Shown piece by piece: positions 45,061 through 51,529 of a DNA stretch of 51,529 nucleotides. The notes under the pieces are model-generated. The model was not told the DNA's origin. It was given only the letters and a program-made list of their open reading frames with translations, and ran no database searches. The stretch spans positions 1 through 51,529 of the IMG/VR virus record IMGVR_UViG_3300037755_001214; one strand, 5' to 3'. The stretch's first letter is position 1. Every line of letters starts with the position of its first letter. This DNA is from a virus. Lineage: Duplodnaviria > Caudoviricetes. Made by a program: the position numbers and the translations under genes.

Positions 45061-45453
45061 ATGATGGCGCAAGGAAGAAAGGACAAAATCCCCTGCCCGA
45101 ACTGCAGCGGGGAGACAGGCGCTTACGCCGCCATAGATGGACGAAAATACCGCAAGTGTCACACCTGCGGCAACCGGTTTATTGTGGAAACGGACGGCGG
45201 AATCACCCGGCCGCGCAAGCCAGGCCGGCCGCCGGCAACCCCCTCCGGGGAGAGGCCCAGGCCGTCGACCCCGGAGACGGCACGCGACCCAGCGCTGCGC
45301 TCGGCTGGGCAGCGAGCGCCAGGCCGCCGGGCTGAAAAGCATCCGGCCCCCAGGCCGGCTACGTTCAACCAATTCACGCCAGAGCATCAGCAGCGAATTC
45401 GATTGCTCCTCGCCCAATTGAGATCGACGCTGCAGGAAGCGAGGAACCAATGA
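45061..45453 (+). CDS. Zn-ribbon protein
   Basis: CPNC...KCHTCGNRF. Confidence 0.65.
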   Translation: MMAQGRKDKIPCPNCSGETGAYAAIDGRKYRKCHTCGNRFIVETDGGITRPRKPGRPPATPSGERPRPSTPETARDPALRSAGQRAPGRRAEKHPAPRPATFNQFTPEHQQRIRLLLAQLRSTLQEARNQ

Positions 45454-46235
45454 AAATGAAGAGAGCGATTACCCTGGTGATCGCAAACCACAAAGGGGGC
45501 GTGGGGAAGACCACCTCCGCCGTGAACCTGGCCACCGGCCTGGCCGGCTTTGGCTATCCAACCGTTCTGGTTGACTGCGACGGCCAGGGCAACGTCGCCC
45601 AATTCCTGGCCCTGGAGCGCCGGCCGGCGCTGTATGAGCTGGTCATCCAGGAGAAAGCGCCGGCTGCTGTGCTGCAGCGGGTGGAGGGCTACCCTTTACT
45701 CGGCGTCGTCACCGGCAACCAGGATACCCTGGAAATCGAACACGCCCTCAACACCGGCCGCCGGTTCCAGGCAGCCACGGCCATCCGCAACGCGCTGCGG
45801 CCGTTCCTATCCCGCAACGGCAATGGCAAGCCGACGGTCGTGGTGATCGATACGGCTCCGTCCCTATCGGCCATCCAGGTCTCGGCCCTGAATGCCGCGG
45901 ACTGGCTGATCATCCCGGCCTCGCCGGAATACGCCAGCGAGACCGGGATCAGCCAGATGGTCCAGGCCGTGGCCGACCTGCAGGCGGCGGGCGGAAACCT
46001 GAACCTGCTGGGCATCTTGCCGACGATGGTTGACTTTCGCTCGAACGAGCACAAGCAGACCCTTGTCGAGCTGAGGACTTCTTTCCCGGACCTGGTCTTG
46101 CCGCCCGTACGGCGGCGGATCGCCATCGCCGAGGCCCCCCGTGCCGGCCGGCCGATCTGGGATTACAACGGCGTCGCGGCCAACGACTACGGCCTGGCGC
46201 TCAGCGAAACTATCAGCCGTACGGGGTTGGCGTGA
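45450..46235 (+). CDS. parA: ParA/Soj partition ATPase
   Basis: NHKGGVGKTT deviant Walker A, LVDCDGQGN, VIDTAPS, GILPTM; no N-terminal HTH. Confidence 0.93.
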   Translation: MKMKRAITLVIANHKGGVGKTTSAVNLATGLAGFGYPTVLVDCDGQGNVAQFLALERRPALYELVIQEKAPAAVLQRVEGYPLLGVVTGNQDTLEIEHALNTGRRFQAATAIRNALRPFLSRNGNGKPTVVVIDTAPSLSAIQVSALNAADWLIIPASPEYASETGISQMVQAVADLQAAGGNLNLLGILPTMVDFRSNEHKQTLVELRTSFPDLVLPPVRRRIAIAEAPRAGRPIWDYNGVAANDYGLALSETISRTGLA

Positions 46236-46639
46236 TGGTCAGGAACGAAGAGCGCCGCTCCGGCCTGGCCGGGGCCAGCCAGGTGCAGCGGATCGTACAG
46301 CGCAGCGTGGAGAACCAGGCGGCCCAGGCAGCCGAACAGACCGACGGCCGGGGCCGGCCAGGGCACAGCGGCCAAAAAGGCGTAGATAATCGGGGCGTCA
46401 GCAAAAAGACCTACCCGCTGCCACTTTTTATCCAGGCGCTTATTGAGGAAATGGCGCAGGCCGAAAACGTGCCCCAGGCGGATATTGTGGCCATAGCCGT
46501 CGTTGCCTTCCAGGACGCCTGGCGGGCCGGAAGGGTCGACCTTGACGAGATAAAAATTATCACCTACAGCGAAAAGCAGCCCTGGCGCGGCGTGTCCAGG
46601 TTGGACGTACCCGAGGAATTTAGTTTTTTTTCGGACTAA
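46232..46639 (+). CDS. Small ParA partner, putative centromere-binding protein (RHH-like)
   Basis: Overlaps the parA stop; flexible N-terminus then KKTYPLP...EEMAQAENVPQADIV strand-helix-helix pattern. Confidence 0.55.
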   Translation: MMVRNEERRSGLAGASQVQRIVQRSVENQAAQAAEQTDGRGRPGHSGQKGVDNRGVSKKTYPLPLFIQALIEEMAQAENVPQADIVAIAVVAFQDAWRAGRVDLDEIKIITYSEKQPWRGVSRLDVPEEFSFFSD

Positions 46640-46727
46640 ACACAGCTTTGAAGCTGTGGTCTGGCTGTGATAAAGCTGTGGTCTGGCTGTGATAAAGCTG
46701 TGGTCTGGCTGTGATAAAGCTGTGTTT
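46638..46727 (+). repeat. Centromere-like array: 3x 22-bp AAGCTGTGGTCTGGCTGTGATA bounded by 12-bp inverted repeats
   Basis: Units at 46651, 46673, 46695; AAACACAGCTTT (46638) / AAAGCTGTGTTT (46716). Confidence 0.85.
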
Positions 46728-46829
46728 CGACCTCACCAGGCAGCCGTTAAGCCGCCTTCCACGGCCAACAGGTACGACAGGTCATTTTTGAAGCATCGCC
46801 CGAATTTGGGCCTTCTGGAGGCTTAATCT

Positions 46830-47234
46830 ATGAAACGAGGCACTCATCGCTTCCAGCATCATATCCGGCTTCGGCTGGCGCTCAACCTGGAATTCCAGGA
46901 AGACGGCCGCGCCGAATCCGAGACGGTTTGGGTCACCGACCAGGTGCTGCAGCTGTCGGACCTGTTAGCGGCCTGCATCACCGCGCTTTTAGCCTGGCTC
47001 ACCTACACCTGCCTGGTACCGCAGGTACAGGTGACCTGCCGGCGACGGGCAAGGAAGTGGCCCGCCGCCCCAGGCGGCCGCGCTCGCCTGGCCGCCTGGG
47101 GCCAGGGCTGGGCGGCCGACCTGGCCTTGATAGGGGCCTCGCTCCGGGCCGCCAGGTGGGCCGACGTCGCCGGCGACCTCCGCGCGATAGGGGAGGCCCT
47201 TATGGGCCTGAAAACCGCTCACGCGTCGTATTAG
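46830..47234 (+). CDS. Hypothetical protein with in-frame element C
   Basis: GGAGG RBS; YTCLVPQVQVT encoded by the repeat at 47005-47033. Confidence 0.5.
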   Translation: MKRGTHRFQHHIRLRLALNLEFQEDGRAESETVWVTDQVLQLSDLLAACITALLAWLTYTCLVPQVQVTCRRRARKWPAAPGGRARLAAWGQGWAADLALIGASLRAARWADVAGDLRAIGEALMGLKTAHASY

Positions 47235-47295
47235 TAGAGTTATGCGACGCAACACGCACCTGGGGAGTGGTAAAAGTAGCCTAGGGAATTTATCA

Positions 47296-47574
47296 ATGAA
47301 CGAACAGGAACTATTTGAGCAGTTTGAGCGAGAATTCCGGGCGCTGGAAAACCACCCCGGTGTAACCCTGCAACTCAGCGCCGTCGAAGCCTGGTGTCTA
47401 CTATGCCAGATCCAGCTCGCCTGCCGGCATCCCGGCAACACCGGCCCGTCCCGGCGTATAGCCGAGGCCGCGGCCAGGGTGCTGCAGGCGCTGGTGGCCA
47501 CCGGCCCCGCGCTGCATAGTATAGCCGAACGAGGTTGGACCGATGATGGCCCTGCTGCACCGGATCAACCCTGA
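47296..47574 (+). CDS. Hypothetical protein (MNEQELFEQF...)
   Basis: Coupled to the downstream gene. Confidence 0.55.
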   Translation: MNEQELFEQFEREFRALENHPGVTLQLSAVEAWCLLCQIQLACRHPGNTGPSRRIAEAAARVLQALVATGPALHSIAERGWTDDGPAAPDQP

Positions 47575-47818
47575 GCAAAACGAGCGGCGCTATTACCTGG
47601 TCTTCACCGGGCCGGCGCTCCTGGAGAAACACGCCGTCACCCGCTTTTGGGGCCGTATCGGCGGCCAGCAGCGAGGGATGGTCACCCCGTGCGATTCGGC
47701 AGCTGTAGCGGAGGAGCTGGCCCGGCGGCTGGTCGGCAAGCGAGTGAAACGAGGTTATAAATTGATCGAGGCCACTTACACTTGCTCTGCACCTGGTGCA
47801 GAGCCTGAGGAGAGTTGA
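47543..47818 (+). CDS. WGR-domain protein
   Basis: NERRYYLV...VTRFWGRIG...KRVKRGY. Confidence 0.85.
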   Translation: MMALLHRINPEQNERRYYLVFTGPALLEKHAVTRFWGRIGGQQRGMVTPCDSAAVAEELARRLVGKRVKRGYKLIEATYTCSAPGAEPEES

Positions 47819-47819
47819 C

Positions 47820-48689
47820 ATGGACAGGCTTCTACGTTGGGTCAAGGACATCCGGGAAGCCACGTACATCGACGTGCAGAACGTGGCTGATTATTTCTGG
47901 TCCCATGACGAGGACTATTGGGACCTCGTCAACTTTAATTTGGCTCCGCCCTTCAGCTTCTTCGCCACCCGGTACGGCTTGCCGGAGGTGGTCCGCAGCA
48001 CCAAGTTCGGCGAGGTGCCCAGGCCAGAACACAAGGGCGTGGAAATCCTCACGGTTTTCAGGCAAACGGCCGGCATCCCCAACTACACCCGGGGGCCGGA
48101 TGCGCTTTATGCCAGCCTGTCAGCCCGCACCCCGGTGTCTGGCGCCAAATGGCACTATGACATCTTCGTTTTTCCGGTCAAAGGCCGGGTAGCCTATCCC
48201 CCCAGCCTGTTCTTCACGGCCGTCAACGAGCTGGGGCAGATCGCCCGCTACGACAACCAAAGCGGGCGGGCTTTCTGGCAGGCGACCCAGTACCCGCACT
48301 TTGAGATTAACGTTCAGTCGCCCACCTACCTGCACGTCAGCGGCCTGGCGCTGACGTTCCTGAACAGCAGGAACGTGGAACTGCTTAAGCCGCCTCCCGG
48401 CAGCAGCAAGAAGCGCCGGCCGCGCAAGGAGAAGTTCGAGAGCCGCTATTACCGCATCAAGGTCAACGCCATTGGCCAGCGGTACGAGCGCATTGGCGGC
48501 CGGGGAGCTACCGGCATCAGCCAGGCCCTGCACATCGTGCGGGGCCACTTCCGCGAGTACGGCCCCGAATTTGGGAAGGGGCTGCTGTTTGGTAAATACG
48601 CCGGCAGATTCTGGGTTGCCGCCCACACTTCGGGCAGCCCGGAGAGCGGCGTGGTGGTGAAGGATTACGAGGTGGAGGCGCCTGAATGA
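47820..48689 (+). CDS. Conserved phage hypothetical protein with basic His-rich C-terminus
   Basis: HIVRGHFR...RFWVAAHTSG; GAGGAG RBS. Confidence 0.65.
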   Translation: MDRLLRWVKDIREATYIDVQNVADYFWSHDEDYWDLVNFNLAPPFSFFATRYGLPEVVRSTKFGEVPRPEHKGVEILTVFRQTAGIPNYTRGPDALYASLSARTPVSGAKWHYDIFVFPVKGRVAYPPSLFFTAVNELGQIARYDNQSGRAFWQATQYPHFEINVQSPTYLHVSGLALTFLNSRNVELLKPPPGSSKKRRPRKEKFESRYYRIKVNAIGQRYERIGGRGATGISQALHIVRGHFREYGPEFGKGLLFGKYAGRFWVAAHTSGSPESGVVVKDYEVEAPE

Positions 48690-51082
48690 CCGGCCGCCGA
48701 GCGTACCACCGCAACCCCTGCCCCGTCTGCGGCGAGCACCGGGTCCACGAGCGAGTCAATGCCAACTGGACCGGAGTTGAATCTATTACCTGTGAGGCCT
48801 GCGGCGCTTGCTGGAGCTCGCAGAAAGAGTTCGGGCAAACACAAATCGCTGACCCCGATCCAACCACGAGACGCCGGCCGGCCCCGGTCAACTGCCCATC
48901 TTGTGGCCGGCGTCAAATCTACCTCTTCGACAACGACATGCGCCTGGCGTTCCCACGTGAGCCGTTTAAGTTAGTGTGCACGTGCGGGCGAGGCTGGTTC
49001 GGTATCCGCGACCTGATGGCAGAAGTGAGAGAAAAGTCAACTGTCCGCGCGGCGGACACAACAGAGAAAGGGGAAAGACAAATGGAGCTTGAAATCAGAT
49101 TGGACCAGATCCGGCCGGGCCGCTACCAGCCCCGGCAACAGTACGACGCCGAGGCCTTGCTGGGCCTGGCGCAATCGATCCAGGCGCACGGCCTGATCGA
49201 CCGGGTTACCGTGTTTGTCAACGAGCAGGGCCACTACGAGCTGCTCGCCGGCGAACGGCGCTGGCGGGCGCACCTGGCCCTGGCGCTGGCCAACCGCGGC
49301 GAGCTGCGGTTGGAGCTGGACGAAGCGGTCCGCCTGGTCTGCGAGCGGGACCCGCTGGAGCTGCTCGAACAGCATTTCTTCCTGGCCGGCTACACCATCC
49401 CGGCCGACAAAAAATCGGCCGAGGAGGCGGCCGTCCTGGCCGAAATGGCCATCGTTAGCAACACCCAGCGCGAGGATCTCGCGGCGATGGAGGAATGCCA
49501 GGCCTACTGGGCGCTGAAGGATCAATTCGGCTACTCGGTCCGCAAGATCGGCGAGCGCGTGGGGAAGTCGAAAAGCTACGTCCAGGACCGGATGAACCTG
49601 CGCAACCTGGCGCCGGAGGTGGCCGCGCTGGCCACGCCGTCGGGCGGCTCCGGGCCGGCCCTGGACCTGACCCTGGCCCGGACCCTTGCCAGCAAGGTCC
49701 CCCAGGAAATGCAATCGGCCGTCGTCGATTACCTGCAGCAGCGGCAGGCAAACGCGCCCCTGGGCGAGGAGACGACGCGGAAAGGACAGGCGGCCATCTC
49801 CCGGATCACCGGCTGGCTGGACCCGGCCCGCTGGGAGCTGCCCGAGGACCGGGCCGGGTCCCCGGAGGTGCGGAACCGGGCCAGGCTGATGCGGACATTG
49901 ATCGACTCGATCAAAGGTGGCAAGCTGGGCGAGGCCCTGGTCAAGCTCGATCAACCCCTGCATTCGTGGGATACCTCCGGGCTGCTCGGCAAAAAGCCGC
50001 TGGACCTGCTGCAGCATCACGATTTCTGGGCGGCGATCGAGGCAATGACCGGCCACACCCAGTGGAAAACCATCCCGCAGGTGACCGCCGCCGGCTGGAC
50101 CTGCGGCAACTGCCTGCTGCAGCACCTGCACACCCTGATCGGCGAGCGCGCCGAGTCGCTCGACCGCACCGCGCCCTGCAAGCGGCTGGCGGTCGGCAAC
50201 CCGGAGGAGATATCCACCTGCGAAGGATTCATCGGCCCGGATGACCCGCCTGTGATCGAGGTCCCAAGCGACGTGCGTCTCCACCTGGACGAAACGAACG
50301 GGCGCGGCGAGCTAAAGAAGGTCGGCGGCGGCGAATGGAGCGCGCTTTACTACGTGGAAGAACCGTTGGTTTACCAGGCGCTTTACTCGGCCGCACGCCA
50401 GGCCCGCGAGCGGATGGTCCAGGAAAAGGCCGAAAAGACCGAGGCCGGGTACCAGGCCAGGATGCAGGTCTACTGGCAGGCCCAGCAGGAGCGGGAGCTG
50501 GCGTTGGATCATTTCCAGGCGCACGCCTGTTTAAAATGCGGGTGTTTCACCGGGAGCGAGGGGCGCTTCGCGTGCCGGCTGCTGAAGGAGCCGCTGCGGC
50601 GCCCCTACGGCGACAAGGAGGCGCGCGCGCCCGAGTTCGGCCTGCTGTCGGCCGGCGGGCTGACCGTGCCGAGGTGTGAAGGATTCCGGTACCTGTCCCT
50701 GCCGGACATCAAGCCGCCCAAGAAGTCGGGATTCGTGATCCCGGACCGGGACTTGATCCTGTCCTGGTTCAAGGCCCTGGTCAAGAGCGGCTACTACTAC
50801 GCCAGCCAGAATAAAACGTGGGGCGTTCTGCAGTGGCTGCCGCTGGACGACCTGAAGAAGATGTGGAAGAATCTGGACGACGACGACGCGATGATCAGCA
50901 TCCTGATGGCCGGTCTTTCGGAGGCCAGGGCTCTCAACGCCTACAGCCATAAGGTGGTTTTGCTCGACCCGACTACCGGCGAAACAACCGACTGGGCATC
51001 GATGAGTTTTGACCAGGTCGCCTCGGTGCCGGAGAAGGGCCAGGCGTTAGAGGAACCCGAACCGGAGCTAGAGGCCGCGTGA
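48686..51082 (+). CDS. ParB/Srx-domain protein with N-terminal Zn-finger extension (possible internal start at 49082) and Cys-rich C-terminus
   Basis: IRLDQIRPGRYQPRQ, LAQSIQAHGLI, ELLAGERRWRA, NTQREDL...EE, HTH IGERVGKSKSYV. Confidence 0.82.
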   Translation: MTGRRAYHRNPCPVCGEHRVHERVNANWTGVESITCEACGACWSSQKEFGQTQIADPDPTTRRRPAPVNCPSCGRRQIYLFDNDMRLAFPREPFKLVCTCGRGWFGIRDLMAEVREKSTVRAADTTEKGERQMELEIRLDQIRPGRYQPRQQYDAEALLGLAQSIQAHGLIDRVTVFVNEQGHYELLAGERRWRAHLALALANRGELRLELDEAVRLVCERDPLELLEQHFFLAGYTIPADKKSAEEAAVLAEMAIVSNTQREDLAAMEECQAYWALKDQFGYSVRKIGERVGKSKSYVQDRMNLRNLAPEVAALATPSGGSGPALDLTLARTLASKVPQEMQSAVVDYLQQRQANAPLGEETTRKGQAAISRITGWLDPARWELPEDRAGSPEVRNRARLMRTLIDSIKGGKLGEALVKLDQPLHSWDTSGLLGKKPLDLLQHHDFWAAIEAMTGHTQWKTIPQVTAAGWTCGNCLLQHLHTLIGERAESLDRTAPCKRLAVGNPEEISTCEGFIGPDDPPVIEVPSDVRLHLDETNGRGELKKVGGGEWSALYYVEEPLVYQALYSAARQARERMVQEKAEKTEAGYQARMQVYWQAQQERELALDHFQAHACLKCGCFTGSEGRFACRLLKEPLRRPYGDKEARAPEFGLLSAGGLTVPRCEGFRYLSLPDIKPPKKSGFVIPDRDLILSWFKALVKSGYYYASQNKTWGVLQWLPLDDLKKMWKNLDDDDAMISILMAGLSEARALNAYSHKVVLLDPTTGETTDWASMSFDQVASVPEKGQALEEPEPELEAA

Positions 51083-51529
51083 CTCTGTATCCCGGTCCCC
51101 GCGAGGCGCTGCCTGCCAGGCGGCCGCACGATTATTACCCGACTGAGCCGGTCCTGATCCGGGCCGCTTTGGCCGGCTACGGGCCAAAGCGGCCGCCCTG
51201 GTCTGTGCTGGACCCCGGCGCCGGCGATGGACGTTGGGGCCAGGCGGCGAAGCGCATCTACCCCGGCACGCTGCTGCACGGGGTGGAGCTACGCTGGGAG
51301 CCTCGCCCGGCCGGGTTCGACGGCTGGTGGCCAGGCGTCGATTTCCGGCGATTCGCTCCCTCGGGACACCCGTGCCGGCGCTACTCCCTGCGGTCGCCGG
51401 GACAGTGTCCGGAGCGGACCTATGATTTTATCTGCGGCAATCCGCCTTACGGGCCGGTCGTCGACGACACGCCGATGGCCGAGCACTTCGTCAGGCACGC
51501 CTGGCGGCTGCTGGCCGGCGGCGGCCGGA
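51079..51529 (+). CDS. DNA methyltransferase, N-terminal part (continues at window start; about 233 aa in total)
   Basis: HDYYPT, VLDPGAGDG motif I, GVEL, in frame with NPPY. Confidence 0.88.
   Translation, partial: MTLYPGPREALPARRPHDYYPTEPVLIRAALAGYGPKRPPWSVLDPGAGDGRWGQAAKRIYPGTLLHGVELRWEPRPAGFDGWWPGVDFRRFAPSGHPCRRYSLRSPGQCPERTYDFICGNPPYGPVVDDTPMAEHFVRHAWRLLAGGGR

Larger units (their letters stand above)
1..51529. mobile_element. Complete circular temperate tailed phage genome (siphovirus-like), excised/free form
   Basis: Full head, tail, integration and replication modules; 120-bp end overlap; intact attP next to the integrase; a methyltransferase ORF reads in frame across the junction. 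Confidence 0.93.

Noticed and set aside
46651-46716. Mini-CRISPR array
   Set aside because: Head-to-tail tandem units with no spacers

Overview
The window is an apparently complete circular genome (51,409 bp; bases 1-120 are repeated at 51410-51529) of a GC-rich temperate siphovirus-type phage. The minus strand carries the virion operon: terS, terL, a portal-MuF fusion, a P-loop kinase, a 2H-phosphoesterase/protease/major-capsid fusion, head-tail proteins, two tail-tube paralogues, a frameshifted tail chaperone, tape measure, hub and four MAWTDP-family fibre paralogues, followed by a mazEF toxin-antitoxin pair. The minus strand also carries a leftward early operon (Sak4/AAA_24-like ATPase, a Ycf46-like AAA / DUF1257 / DUF2997 / DUF3150-like cluster, LuxR regulator, a second tyrosine recombinase). 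A divergent promoter switch with an HTH regulator is followed by an integrase with a tRNA-3'-end attP. The plus strand carries a replication/partition arm (HTH initiator with six internal iterons, a short RecA, ParA with a small partner and a 22-bp centromere-like array, WGR protein, ParB-like protein, m6A methyltransferase, JAB peptidase). The most notable oddities are: a capsid-fused 2H phosphoesterase next to a PNK-like kinase; nested palindromic micro-elements inserted between and inside genes; an identical 25-bp site at the 3' end of both recombinases; a multi-stem RNA-like element at the genetic switch; a triplet of equal-length fibre paralogues; and no recognisable endolysin. All family assignments come from motif recognition by eye, not from database searches.
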